IMG/VR virus record: IMGVR_UViG_3300046707_000232
Location: 1-59,804 of that record
Length of the DNA: 59,804 nucleotides
Strand: one strand, 5' to 3'
Source: a virus
Taxonomy: Duplodnaviria > Caudoviricetes
Under the pieces are notes generated by a model, which made no database searches, had not been told where the DNA came from, and worked only from the letters and a program-made list of their open reading frames with translations. This document shows positions 26,602 to 36,012 of this stretch, piece by piece (the stretch's first letter is position 1; each line of letters begins with the position of its first letter). A program made the translations under genes and the position numbers.

Positions 26602-27020
26602 CTACGGGCGGCGGGAGAGCCGCTCGACGCGGTAGTAGGCCTTCAGCGCGGCGTCGAACGCCCATCGGCGTTGCTGCGGCGTGCCGCCCATCCTCACGGT
26701 CGACGCGTATCGCATCCACGCAGCGTCGGATTCCTTGCCGAGCCGGAGGTCGCCGATCGTTGTCGGCGCGGCCGAGGCGAGTGTCATCTCGAGCACGGCC
26801 GAGAGCGCATGGGTTGCCGTCGCGAGCGTCGCGGCGTGTTCGAGGACGACGTCCGTGAGGGCGCCGACGCCGGCGTTGTGGAGGCGTGCTTGAGCTTCGC
26901 GACGCGCCAGAGCTGGTCGCCGCTGCCGTTCGTGAGGTAGGCGTCGACCTGGATCTCGTTGAGCGCGACCTTCCGCTTGGGGGCGGCGATGAGCACTGGA
27001 GTGACCGTAGGCGCGGTCAT
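26602..27020 (-). pseudogene. Frameshifted hypothetical gene, distal part in frame with TerL-ATPase across a TAG
   Basis: MTAPTV...VAKLKH frame degenerates near 26885 while the adjacent frame reads LHNAGVGALTDVVLEHAA...LEM...RRP-TAG-P-LYLL. Confidence 0.5.
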
Positions 27021-27030
27021 GGCCGCAGCG

Positions 27031-27648
27031 CTACTTCGTCGCCGGCCGAACACTGAACACCGCTGTCTTTCGGGGCTTGCCTTCACGCTCGAGCGCTTCC
27101 CATACGGTCCGCATCGCTTCTCCTGACGTCGTCGCGGTCACGACCTCTTCATGCACGAACACCACGGCCCACTTCCGAGGCCGCCCGTCCCAGCCGAGCG
27201 CGGCCGCTATCTGCCTGTACGTGTCGCTGGCGGGGACGCGGCGGCCCTCCTCCCACGCCTTGATCGTGTGCGGGCTGACCTTCAGCGTGCGGGCGAACTC
27301 GGGGCGGTTCATCCTGCGTGCGTCGCGCTCGTCACGGATCCGGGCCGGGAACGCGTCGCGTAGCTCCCACGTGATGCCGGGGTCAGGTGGGAAGGTGACG
27401 CGCGCGCCGCGGGGCTCGACGTCGAGGTGCGATGGGCGGACGCACCCGAGTAGAGCGCCCGGGCACCGGTGTACGACGTCGAACCCGTCCGGGGGGGCGC
27501 CGGCGACTGCTTCGTAGAATGCGAGGTACGGCCCCATCCCGGAAGCGGCCCTCAACTCGGGCGCGATGAGCCAACAGCCGGTGCGGGGGTCTTCGGTCAG
27601 GCCCTCGCGGCTTTGGATGATCGCGCGCGCTTCGGCTGCGGTCAGCAT
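27031..27648 (-). CDS. His-Me/HNH-like domain fused to XRE HTH
   Basis: TGCWL...YE...G.PP.G..V.HRC.....CVRPSHL followed by MNRPEFARTLKVS..TI..WE.G.R.P. Confidence 0.7.
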   Translation of the reverse strand: MLTAAEARAIIQSREGLTEDPRTGCWLIAPELRAASGMGPYLAFYEAVAGAPPDGFDVVHRCPGALLGCVRPSHLDVEPRGARVTFPPDPGITWELRDAFPARIRDERDARRMNRPEFARTLKVSPHTIKAWEEGRRVPASDTYRQIAAALGWDGRPRKWAVVFVHEEVVTATTSGEAMRTVWEALEREGKPRKTAVFSVRPATK

Positions 27649-27968
27649 CCAGGGGCGCTCGCGATGCCAGGGATCTCGCCCTGGCCCGGTAGGGTCGGTA
27701 GCCGCCGGGCGCAGCCGCGCCACGGCTCGTCCTCGGTGACGGTGGAGTCCCCCAACCGCGACGGCACGTGAACCGCGAGGACCCGGTCGAGTGGGACCTG
27801 CAGGCCGGCGATCGCGACGTACGCATTCGTGGCGGCGACACGAGAGACGTGCCCCTCGAGCCGATCGAGGTCCGCCCTCTCGAGTGTCAGCGACACTCGG
27901 CGACCCGTCGCCCACGCCGTGCGAAGCTCCCACGCGATCGAGCTGGTGGGGCGGATCAGGTCCATCAC
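27642..27968 (-). CDS. Hypothetical protein
   Basis: Coupled ORF. Confidence 0.5.
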   Translation of the reverse strand: MMDLIRPTSSIAWELRTAWATGRRVSLTLERADLDRLEGHVSRVAATNAYVAIAGLQVPLDRVLAVHVPSRLGDSTVTEDEPWRGCARRLPTLPGQGEIPGIASAPGC

Positions 27969-28504
27969 TGTGCATCGCGCGCCTCGGTCCGGCGGTGAGC
28001 GCGCCCGCGGCGCCGGACTCGCTGCCGGTCGCGATGCGCGGTCGTCAGCAGCGAGAGCCGGGCGTCACCCGTGGTGCCGTCCTGCGGCATCCCGTGCTCA
28101 GTCCAGTAGCCGAGCCCGGAGATCGCGATGATCTTCAGCAGCGCGAGATAGGGCGGCGCGTTGACGCCCTCTTCCCATTGCTTCCACGCGGACGACCGCG
28201 GCGAGTAGCCGATCCGGGTCAGTGCTTCTGCGCGGGTGAGGCCGTGCACCGTGCGGAAGTGGCGTAGCGCCCCGGGGACGTGCTGCCGGTCGCTGACCTC
28301 TGAGACCGGCCGTTTCCGGCGAGGGACAGCGCCGCTGCTGACAGCGCGGTGCCGGCCGCGGGCCGGTAGTTGCGGGAGCGCTTCGCGGCGCTCCCGGGCC
28401 TCCGCTTTCTGCGCTTGGGCGGCGAGTCGGCGCTGTTCGAGTTCGCGTTGGACCGCGGCGGCGAGCACGTCGGGCGGGATGCTCTCGTCGTCAGGTCTGG
28501 TCAT
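27965..28504 (-). CDS. XRE-family HTH protein
   Basis: LRHFRTVHGLTRAEA...IG.......WE.G...P. Confidence 0.65.
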   Translation of the reverse strand: MTRPDDESIPPDVLAAAVQRELEQRRLAAQAQKAEARERREALPQLPARGRHRAVSSGAVPRRKRPVSEVSDRQHVPGALRHFRTVHGLTRAEALTRIGYSPRSSAWKQWEEGVNAPPYLALLKIIAISGLGYWTEHGMPQDGTTGDARLSLLTTAHRDRQRVRRRGRAHRRTEARDAQ

Positions 28505-29285
28505 CGTCGGGTGCTGTCAGGGCGCGGTGGGTCTCGACAACCTGCTCGCGCTCGCCGGGCGGCAGGTTCAGGATCCGGCTCATCAACGCGACGGCGTCGG
28601 GGTTGCCCGGGGTGACGGTACCGTCGCGGTTGATCTTGCCGGTCAGGTCGACGTCGAAGTTGGCGTTGAGGTTCCGGTTGACGTTCTCGGTGCGTTCGGG
28701 GACGACCTCGTACCCCTCGATGCCGAGCTTGCCCTTCACGGCGATCAGTCGCTCGGCGGCGGTGATCATGTCCTTGCCGGCGTCGAGCGTCGTCGGCTGC
28801 GGCCCGAGGTTGAGGCCGATGTCGGCGCGCAGCCCGGCCTCGAGCATGTGCTGAAAGGCGTGGACGCCAGCCTCCATGACTTCGAGCTCCCATCGCGCGC
28901 CGGCGGGGAACTTCCTGCCGATCAGCGCGAGCAGCTCGTCGCTGACGGCGTCGACTCCGGGCACGCATTCCGGCAGCCAGTCGGCGCGGTACTTCTCGAT
29001 CGCGTCCTCTGAGAGCTGCAGGCGTCGGTGCCGCGCCATCTCCGGATGAGGCACTTTCCGGGGCTCGTCATCGTCGTCGCCGTCCTCGCCGCTCTCGAGC
29101 GTCGTGTAGAGCGGGTACTCGTGTTCGAGCCACGCGGCGATCCAGTGCGCGGACCGGCCGGTCCGGAGCAGGTGCTCGATCGCTTCGCGGCGCTCGTGAC
29201 GCCAGACCGCCGTGCGGGTCCGGTCCGGCGGGGTGTCTGCCTGCGCGTCGATCTCGGTTGCGGTGCTCTCGATGTCGATCGACAT
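28491..29285 (-). CDS. Putative terminase small subunit
   Basis: N-terminal HTH-like segment, helical core, beta-type tail NVNRNLNANFDVDLTG; first gene of the packaging operon. Confidence 0.45.
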   Translation of the reverse strand: MSIDIESTATEIDAQADTPPDRTRTAVWRHERREAIEHLLRTGRSAHWIAAWLEHEYPLYTTLESGEDGDDDDEPRKVPHPEMARHRRLQLSEDAIEKYRADWLPECVPGVDAVSDELLALIGRKFPAGARWELEVMEAGVHAFQHMLEAGLRADIGLNLGPQPTTLDAGKDMITAAERLIAVKGKLGIEGYEVVPERTENVNRNLNANFDVDLTGKINRDGTVTPGNPDAVALMSRILNLPPGEREQVVETHRALTAPDDDQT

Positions 29286-29299
29286 TCCTATAACCCTAT
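29286..29299 (-). promoter_or_regulatory. TAGGGTTATAGGA promoter/operator motif directly before the ATG
   Basis: Recurs before the genes starting at 38052, 50130 and 57752 and at 41694-41720. Confidence 0.7.
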
Positions 29300-30159
29300 C
29301 GGCGTTGGGTGACTGGTTGCGGTGGGCGTCGTGGTGGCGGGAGGTTGATGACGTAGTCGACGGCGCCGGCCATGAGGATCGTGTTGTGGGCGTAGACGGC
29401 GGCTTTGGTCATGCCGGTGGGGGCGGGCCGTTTGCCTGGGAGCATCTGGAAGAAGTTCGCGCGCGCCGCGGGGATCGTGTTCGAGTACAGGACCGGGCGG
29501 CCGCGGAGGAGCTGGTTGAGCACGGCGACGCGGCGTTGGCTGCCGACGCCGAAGACGAGGACTGCGACGTCGGGCGGCATCGTCGCGTTGCCGGTCTTGG
29601 CGAGGTTGAGGATCGTGGCGTCGAGCACGCCGCGGCGGTGCTGTTGCGCGCCGATCGCGACGTGCTTCACGCCGGCTTCAGAGATGAATTCCCAGCATCG
29701 TTTCAGCGCGCTTGGCGGCTGGGGGCCGCCCGGGAGCGTGAACGCGACGCGCGGCAGTACCGCGGCCGCGTCGGTGTAGAACTCGAACGCGCGCTCCAGG
29801 TCCGCGGCGGCTTTCGCCGGCGAGTCCGTGCGGGCGCGGACCGGCCCGGGCGAGCAGAGGATGTCGACGCGTGAGCTGGCGAAGTACTCGAAGAGGTGAT
29901 GTCGTCGGGCGTGAGCGGCCTCGAGGGTCTTGGGCCTCGCGAGGCCGCTGATGACGAGCTGGCCGGTGAAGCCGCCGAGCCGGGCGCGGAGCGGGACGGG
30001 GACCTTGGTCCTTGCGAGCGCGGTCTTGAGGGTCGTGGCGAGGACGGGGTACGGGGCGTCCCGGGCGCGGGTGAGGGCGTCGTTCCATTCGCGGCTATGC
30101 CACTCGACGGTGGGCGCGTACGCCGCGGCGAACGGGGAGGCCGCCGGCACCGCGGGCAT
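29296..30159 (-). CDS. Hypothetical alpha/beta enzyme (possible TIM-barrel, TGT/DUF4417-like)
   Basis: Alternating beta/alpha pattern, HVAIG and LVFGVG strands; weak assignment. Confidence 0.4.
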   Translation of the reverse strand: MPAVPAASPFAAAYAPTVEWHSREWNDALTRARDAPYPVLATTLKTALARTKVPVPLRARLGGFTGQLVISGLARPKTLEAAHARRHHLFEYFASSRVDILCSPGPVRARTDSPAKAAADLERAFEFYTDAAAVLPRVAFTLPGGPQPPSALKRCWEFISEAGVKHVAIGAQQHRRGVLDATILNLAKTGNATMPPDVAVLVFGVGSQRRVAVLNQLLRGRPVLYSNTIPAARANFFQMLPGKRPAPTGMTKAAVYAHNTILMAGAVDYVINLPPPRRPPQPVTQRR

Positions 30160-30161
30160 GG

Positions 30162-30611
30162 TCAGCGCAGGAAGTAGGCGACGGTCGCGGGGAGCGTGCC
30201 GGCGTTGCCGTTGGTGACCCGCACTTGGACCTTGGTCAGGCCGCGGAGGAGGTAGGTCTGCTGCAGCCGCGCCACGCCGGCGGTGAGCGCGGCCGCGACC
30301 GTGGTGTCGGTGGCGAGCGCCTGGTCGAAGAGGGTGATGCCGTCGTCCTCGTAGGGCCGCACGGTGACGGTGAGGTCTCCGGCGGATGCCGCGGTCGGAC
30401 CGAGGCGCGCGAGGAGCAGGATCCGTTCGTAGCCGGTGACGTCGAGGTCCTGGTTCGAGCTTGCGGTGGTGAGGATCGAGACGGCGTTGTGGGTCTTGCC
30501 GACGGCGGAGTTGTCGGCGAGGGTGTCGTCGGGGTTGCGGTTGGTGATCAGCCGCGCGAGGAGGCGTTGGAGGGACTCGCCGGCGATCGCGGAGTTCAGG
30601 GGGCGCGGCAT
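30162..30611 (-). CDS. Hypothetical beta-rich protein
   Basis: ATG 30611; Thr/Val-rich strands. Confidence 0.55.
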   Translation of the reverse strand: MPRPLNSAIAGESLQRLLARLITNRNPDDTLADNSAVGKTHNAVSILTTASSNQDLDVTGYERILLLARLGPTAASAGDLTVTVRPYEDDGITLFDQALATDTTVAAALTAGVARLQQTYLLRGLTKVQVRVTNGNAGTLPATVAYFLR

Positions 30612-30691
30612 GAGCGTGAGGATGACCGCGAGCAGCGATGCAGCACAACAACGCTGGCGAGGAGGTGCGGCCGCTTCCCTTTGCGTTGAGG

Positions 30692-30856
30692 TCATCGGCC
30701 AACTGCCTTGCAGTCCTCACAGCCGGACTCGACCCAATGCACGGCGCGGCAGACCATGCAGATCGACACGAGCACCCAATCGTGGCCGGAGCCACGGAAC
30801 ATGTTGCAAGTCGCCATCAGGACATTGCCACCGCAGTTGCCGCAGGCGACCCCCAT
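30692..30856 (-). CDS. Small Cys-rich zinc-binding protein (54 aa, not in the ORF track)
   Basis: Own translation MGVACGNCGG...ICMVC...GCEDC; TGATG overlap. Confidence 0.6.
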   Translation of the reverse strand: MGVACGNCGGNVLMATCNMFRGSGHDWVLVSICMVCRAVHWVESGCEDCKAVGR

Positions 30857-31170
30857 CACCCAGAACACCCCAGGCAGAACAGCACCTTGCCACTCGGATG
30901 CACCAGCTCGTGGCGGTGCCCTTCGTGCCAGTAGCCGCCTGCGCCGCAGCGCAGACAGTGGTCGTCAAGGGAGCCGTCTCGACGGGTGGAGTCATGTAGC
31001 GGACACTGGGTCCACCGCTCGACCCCGTCTGGACGCATCAGGAGGAGGCTCCTCTCGCGCGCCTCGCGGGCCTCTACGATGGCGCGTTCGGTGTCCTTCC
31101 CCGACGCCCATATCGCGAGCACGACCGCGGTCACTGCGAGCAGAATCACAGCGATACCGACGAAGATCAC
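30856..31170 (-). CDS. Membrane-anchored zinc-finger protein
   Basis: N-terminal TM helix; CLRC...CLGC. Confidence 0.55.
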   Translation of the reverse strand: MIFVGIAVILLAVTAVVLAIWASGKDTERAIVEAREARERSLLLMRPDGVERWTQCPLHDSTRRDGSLDDHCLRCGAGGYWHEGHRHELVHPSGKVLFCLGCSG

Positions 31171-31733
31171 GACGATTCCTCCTTGTACTTGCTGCGTGGA
31201 CCGCCAGGGCGCGCCACGGCTGCCGCGATCCGGACGCTGGTCTCGCCTTCTGGCCGGGGGCGCGGCTTGTACGTCTCGATGCGGTGAGCGGCGGCCGATG
31301 CGAGCGGCGTCCCGTTGCGCAAGGCGCGGATCTCCGCGATCTCGCGATCCCATCGGTACTTCTCGATCGAGCCGGACGCCAGATGTTCGGCGAGCGATAT
31401 CGCGGAGTCGCATGCGGCCAAGACCCGCTCGTGCTCGACCATCGCGACTTGCTCGACCGGCATCTCGCAGACGAAGCACTCAGTGCGCTCACCGTGGATG
31501 CCGTGCTCCGGGCAGCGCGCGATGTTGACGACTTGCCCGCTGCTGCGAGCTGGCAGCGGGTCACGCGGCACGCGAGACCACCTCCTCGCACTGGCCGGCG
31601 AGCATGTCGCCAGCGCGGACCTGCGACTCCAGCGCCGAGATGTAGCGCTCGAGTACCTCGAAGTCGGCTGGCTCGCCGTCGAACGGGTCCCAGCCCACCT
31701 CGTCACGGATCCGCTGCAGGGTCGGGTACTCAC
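31167..31733 (-). CDS. Hypothetical protein
   Basis: Coupled ORF; CPEH..C..C. Confidence 0.45.
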   Translation of the reverse strand: MSTRPCSGSVTRWAGTRSTASQPTSRYSSATSRRWSRRSALATCSPASARRWSRVPRDPLPARSSGQVVNIARCPEHGIHGERTECFVCEMPVEQVAMVEHERVLAACDSAISLAEHLASGSIEKYRWDREIAEIRALRNGTPLASAAAHRIETYKPRPRPEGETSVRIAAAVARPGGPRSKYKEESS

Positions 31734-32203
31734 GCGGCATCGCAGGCCTCCGGCGGATAGATGCGGCCGAGCCCTGCAGTGCCGTAATCCAGGGACTCCG
31801 CAGCCGAGACCGACGAAGCCGCGAGGTGCATCAACTCCTCGCGGTAGCCGGCGGCGTCGAAGGCGCCCTCCGGCGGCACCCAGCCCTTGACCACCTTCTC
31901 GGCCACCTCGCCGAACTCCTCAGCGATTATCCCGAGCCACTCCAGCGGCGGTCGCGCGCACGGCCCCCACTTCTCGTCCTGACGCTGCCGCTCGCGAGCG
32001 ACGTCGAGCAGGACCATCGAGGTCTGCCCAGTCACCTCAACCCCGGACACGTTGTCGGCATGATGCGCCAGCAGCTCGCGCATGACGGCTTCACGGGCGT
32101 CGTCGACGTCGGGGCCGTCCATCACGGTCAACTGGGGCTCGAGCGCAACCAGGATCTCGGTCACGAGCTGCTCGAAGCCCTCGCGGCTGCTCTGGCTAGG
32201 CAT
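31730..32203 (-). CDS. MazG-like nucleotide pyrophosphohydrolase
   Basis: ER.RQD.KWG...EEFGEV...EELMHLAA all-alpha NTP-PPase signature. Confidence 0.75.
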   Translation of the reverse strand: MPSQSSREGFEQLVTEILVALEPQLTVMDGPDVDDAREAVMRELLAHHADNVSGVEVTGQTSMVLLDVARERQRQDEKWGPCARPPLEWLGIIAEEFGEVAEKVVKGWVPPEGAFDAAGYREELMHLAASSVSAAESLDYGTAGLGRIYPPEACDAA

Positions 32204-32384
32204 CGTCTGACACCTCCAACCGCTTCAAGGCGGCGTCGATGCAATCGCGCGCGTCCTGGAGCTTCTCGCGGGCGTAGTAGTCGATCGAGGCCGGGCGGGT
32301 GGCGACATCGCAGAGCCGCGCGGCCTTCTTCGCAAGGCGCTGGAACTCGTCGTCGCGCAGGTGCGAGTAGCGGTTAGCCGGCAT
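32196..32384 (-). CDS. Hypothetical protein
   Basis: GGAGA RBS; coupled. Confidence 0.45.
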   Translation of the reverse strand: MPANRYSHLRDDEFQRLAKKAARLCDVATRPASIDYYAREKLQDARDCIDAALKRLEVSDDA

Positions 32385-32631
32385 CGGTCTCTCCTGTCTG
32401 CTGAGAACTCGCGCCCAACCAATCGAGCGCCTCCTGGTAGTCGACAGCGAAGTCCGCAGCGGCGGCCTGCTGCAGTGCCATCTCCACCGTGACACCGTTC
32501 TTCCGGAGCCGGAGCAGGACCTTGCGGACGTGGTTGTCGTCGAAGTGGATCGCCTCGATCGTGCCGCCCGTGGTGTCGACTATCGCGACCTCGTCGCGGT
32601 GGCGACCGCGGAACCTGACCGGGCTCCTCAT
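32374..32631 (-). CDS. Hypothetical protein
   Basis: ATGA overlap. Confidence 0.45.
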   Translation of the reverse strand: MRSPVRFRGRHRDEVAIVDTTGGTIEAIHFDDNHVRKVLLRLRKNGVTVEMALQQAAAADFAVDYQEALDWLGASSQQTGETDAG

Positions 32632-33155
32632 TTCGTCTCCTCGTCTCGTATGTTCGGCGCTCCCACGATCTCCGGATACGCCAACGTCATCGCGCGCTGG
32701 ATCGCATACCGCGCACAACGCTCGTCCTCCCACGGCACCCCAGGCGGAAGATGAATGTCTTGCACGTTCCGACTCAACGCGTCCTTACGCCCGGCCGCTT
32801 CGAGAGCCCAGAACTGCGCCAACGACAGCTCAAACACAAGCCGGACTCGATCAGCCTGCTTGTCCACCTCGATCGTCGGCGCCCGACCCGCCTGCGGAAT
32901 CGTCGACGGCCCGAACTCGAGCTGTTCCTGCCGAGCCCGAGCACGGATCTCTGCGACCGGGCGCCGCTCGGGAACCGGCTCACGGCCGACCATCCGCACG
33001 ATCCGCTCCGCCCACGCCACCATGGCATCGGCCGTCGCCTCGTTGATCTCGTGCCCATGCTCGGATAGCCACCTGGTCGCCGCGTCCATTCCCTCGTGCC
33101 CCCGCCGCGCAGCCGCGAAGATCTCATCCGGCGGCTCGATCCCGTCGCTCACCAC
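32628..33155 (-). CDS. Hypothetical protein
   Basis: GAGGAGG RBS. Confidence 0.5.
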   Translation of the reverse strand: MVSDGIEPPDEIFAAARRGHEGMDAATRWLSEHGHEINEATADAMVAWAERIVRMVGREPVPERRPVAEIRARARQEQLEFGPSTIPQAGRAPTIEVDKQADRVRLVFELSLAQFWALEAAGRKDALSRNVQDIHLPPGVPWEDERCARYAIQRAMTLAYPEIVGAPNIRDEETK

Positions 33156-33352
33156 GAATCGCCTCCTCGCCGACGCTTGGCGAGGTCCTCACAGACCACG
33201 CACGTCGGCGCGTCGTCGGGTGCGTCCTCCCCGATCAACCGCTTACCGCACAACCCTTTGAACCGGCCCGTCCGTCGAGTCGTGATATGCGCCAGCAACG
33301 GCGCCTTATCTCGCTGCGGCGCTCCCGCCGAGCGCTTGAGCAGATCGGTCAT
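33149..33352 (-). CDS. Small zinc-finger protein
   Basis: AH...LCG...CVVC. Confidence 0.5.
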   Translation of the reverse strand: MTDLLKRSAGAPQRDKAPLLAHITTRRTGRFKGLCGKRLIGEDAPDDAPTCVVCEDLAKRRRGGDSW

Positions 33353-35334
33353 GCCGCCCATCCCAGTGCGAGCTCGAGCTGCGGGTCTCGGCGCGGCGCG
33401 CGTGTCCGCGGCCCGGCGGCGGCCTGCGCGATCGCGTGGCAAAACACGGCAGCGACTGGGCTGCTGACGGCGTTGCCGACGAGCTTCACTCGCTGCTCGT
33501 CGCTGATGTCCTTGTACTTGCCGCGCTTGGTGCGCACGCGCGCTTCAAGGAGGTAGGGGCGGCCGTCCGGGTGCTCGTGCATGCCTTGGCCGCGCTGCAG
33601 TTCGTGCCAGCGAAGCATCCGGAAGTAGAACTCGTCGATCTCACCGTCGGTCGGCTCCCTCTCCGCCCAGCGTTCCGCCCACGGATCGGCCTCGACATGT
33701 GCCCATCCGGCCTTCGTAGTAACGGTCGCCAGCGGCGTGTCATGCGGCTTCCATTCGACGCCGGTGCGGGCCTGGACGAGCAGACTCTGGCTGTCGCGAC
33801 CCTTGATGGTGCCAGCCGGCTCACCGAGCGCGCGGACGTGCCCCGGCGTGCCGTTGTAGACCAACAGGCCGTGATGATTGCCGCCCGCGGTGACGCCGCG
33901 GGCGGGCTGTGAGACAGCACAGTCGACCGTGCCGTGGTTGCGCAGCCCGACCAACGCCACGTCGGAGCGGGTGGCTTGCGCGGGCGCGGGCTCGTCGACG
34001 GCGCGGCCGTCCATTCCGCTGCGCATCGCGACGACCATCTGGTCGGACTGCGCGGTGGTGATCGTCTTGGCCGGCTCGTCGGGCGCGGCGCCCGTATTGT
34101 TCGTTCGATTCGGCAGGACCAACCCGAGCCGGTCGTAGGTGAGGACGGTTGGGGCGGGCGCGGACGTCGACCGGGCAGCGACTTTCGCGCCGCCTGCGGA
34201 CGTGAGCAAGCCGACCTGGCGGTCGTGCGCGGTCAGGGTCATCAGGCCCTCGTCGAGCGCGCGCGGAGAGATGCCCTGGCCGCCGGCGCGCAGCACGATG
34301 CCCATGTAGGCGGTGGTCGTGATCGTGCGCATCGGGTCGTCGAGGCTCCACACGCGGGCGTACCCCGGCCGCTCGAAGAGGTGACCGCCGACCGGCACCG
34401 GCCGCCGACGGGCCTGGCCGACGCGGACCACTCCGGTCTTGATCCGCTGGCGCGTCGAGCTGACCAGGCGCCCTGCGATCGGGTCGATCGGCACGGTGTC
34501 GTCGACGATGCTCCACGAACCAAGCACGGCGGGGGCCACGACCTGCTGGCAGTGCGGGCAGGTGTAGACGTACTGGTTCCGATGCCCGTAGCGGCCCCAC
34601 TCCGCGAGCCGCGGGGTCGTGCGCCGCCGGCCGCTCTTCGCGGCTTTCCAGGTCTGGATGCCCGCGACGACGTCCTCACAGTCGGTGCAGTAACACGGTG
34701 GGCGCAGGTCGAGGTCGGGCTGCTGGCAGCCGCTGCGCGTCCAGACGACGTACAGGCGATCGCGGGACTGCGGGACGAGCGCGGCCTGGCTGTTGAGGTA
34801 GACCTCGCGGCCGGTGTAGCCGAGCAGCTCCATGCGCCGCCACCAGCTGTCGTAGCTGGACCCGCAGCTGCACATAACCCTCTTGCCGTTGACCACCTTC
34901 GGCGGGTGCTCGTCACACCAGAGCTTGACCTCTACGACGTTCTCGACGACGACGTAGTCGTAGCGGTGGTACTCGGTCCAGCGCGGGACGTCCCACATCG
35001 TCGCCCTGGAGCGGACGCTGTCCGGGTCGGCGCCCCGTGATCCGCTGTACGAGTGCGCCGGGCAGCTCGGTGAGAACCACGCGCAGTCGGTCCGCCCGAA
35101 GCGTGAAGGGTGTACGTTCTCGATCGACTGGCACTCGTGGTCGGTGTCGGGGTGGTTGGCGGCGTGCGCCTGAACGGCGATGTCGTCGTGGTTGATCGCG
35201 TACTTGACGCGCATTCCCGGGACGTGGTCGATCCCCAAGGCGGAGCCGCCGGCGCCGCAGAAGTGGTCGGCCCATGTGAGCTCGCCGCCCGGATCGTCGG
35301 CAGCGAGCAACTGGGGGATCGTCGCGATGCTCAA
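33349..35334 (-). CDS. DNA (cytosine-5)-methyltransferase
   Basis: DHFCGAGG (I), SPSC (IV), VVENV (VI), PQSRDR (VIII), GNAV (X). Confidence 0.92.
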   Translation of the reverse strand: MSIATIPQLLAADDPGGELTWADHFCGAGGSALGIDHVPGMRVKYAINHDDIAVQAHAANHPDTDHECQSIENVHPSRFGRTDCAWFSPSCPAHSYSGSRGADPDSVRSRATMWDVPRWTEYHRYDYVVVENVVEVKLWCDEHPPKVVNGKRVMCSCGSSYDSWWRRMELLGYTGREVYLNSQAALVPQSRDRLYVVWTRSGCQQPDLDLRPPCYCTDCEDVVAGIQTWKAAKSGRRRTTPRLAEWGRYGHRNQYVYTCPHCQQVVAPAVLGSWSIVDDTVPIDPIAGRLVSSTRQRIKTGVVRVGQARRRPVPVGGHLFERPGYARVWSLDDPMRTITTTAYMGIVLRAGGQGISPRALDEGLMTLTAHDRQVGLLTSAGGAKVAARSTSAPAPTVLTYDRLGLVLPNRTNNTGAAPDEPAKTITTAQSDQMVVAMRSGMDGRAVDEPAPAQATRSDVALVGLRNHGTVDCAVSQPARGVTAGGNHHGLLVYNGTPGHVRALGEPAGTIKGRDSQSLLVQARTGVEWKPHDTPLATVTTKAGWAHVEADPWAERWAEREPTDGEIDEFYFRMLRWHELQRGQGMHEHPDGRPYLLEARVRTKRGKYKDISDEQRVKLVGNAVSSPVAAVFCHAIAQAAAGPRTRAPRRDPQLELALGWAA

Positions 35335-35741
35335 GCCGCCACCGCTCGGACGACATCGCGACGATCCCCGTTGATCTGCGGCTCGAGGCGCAAGAGCACC
35401 TGATGCCAGTCGATCGCGCACAACGGCACGCCGACGTCGCCAAGGATCTTCAGCACGCGAGAGCCGACCGCGACCTCCCCGACGCGATGCTCGTTCGCGT
35501 TGCGTGAAGGCTTGCTGACCTCCGACCCGTCGAACCCGTGCGCGAGCGCCGCCGCGCAGCACCTCAGGACATAGCCGCGGAGGAACCCGGCCAACTGCAC
35601 GTCGCGATCCGGGACGTCGAACGCTCGGCCACGAAAGTAGAACTCCAGCCACACGTTGGTCGCGAGATCGTCGGCGGCCGCTACGGCGATCTGGCCCTCG
35701 AGCGTCAGCATGGGCAACGCTCGCGCTTTGTCACCTTCCAC
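35331..35741 (-). CDS. Hypothetical protein
   Basis: GAAAGGGGACA RBS. Confidence 0.5.
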   Translation of the reverse strand: MEGDKARALPMLTLEGQIAVAAADDLATNVWLEFYFRGRAFDVPDRDVQLAGFLRGYVLRCCAAALAHGFDGSEVSKPSRNANEHRVGEVAVGSRVLKILGDVGVPLCAIDWHQVLLRLEPQINGDRRDVVRAVAA

Positions 35742-35787
35742 CTCTGTCCCCTTTCATCGCCCGCCACCGCGGCGGGCTCCATCTCCT

Positions 35788-36012
35788 CTAGGCGCCAGGC
35801 GCCGGAGTTCTCCCCCTCGCGAGCAACGTCGCCGCGATCGCCACGTCCCAACGCGTCAAATCCTTGGCCCATTCAGCGCGGACCGCGTCGGAGGTGACCT
35901 GGTCGAGCTCGGCGACATCGCACCCGCACTCGGCCGCGTGCGCGCGGGCTTGCTCCTCGCTGCCGATCCGCTCGTGCTCCCTGCAGATCCACAGCCGCGG
36001 CTCAGGCGTCAT
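35788..36012 (-). CDS. Hypothetical protein
   Basis: ATGA overlap. Confidence 0.4.
   Translation of the reverse strand: MTPEPRLWICREHERIGSEEQARAHAAECGCDVAELDQVTSDAVRAEWAKDLTRWDVAIAATLLARGRTPAPGA

Noticed and set aside
26602-26604. Genome-wide TAG recoding
   Set aside because: Many clear genes end in TAG at natural boundaries (984, 1677, 4677, 7219, 8924, 9353), so at most a local event
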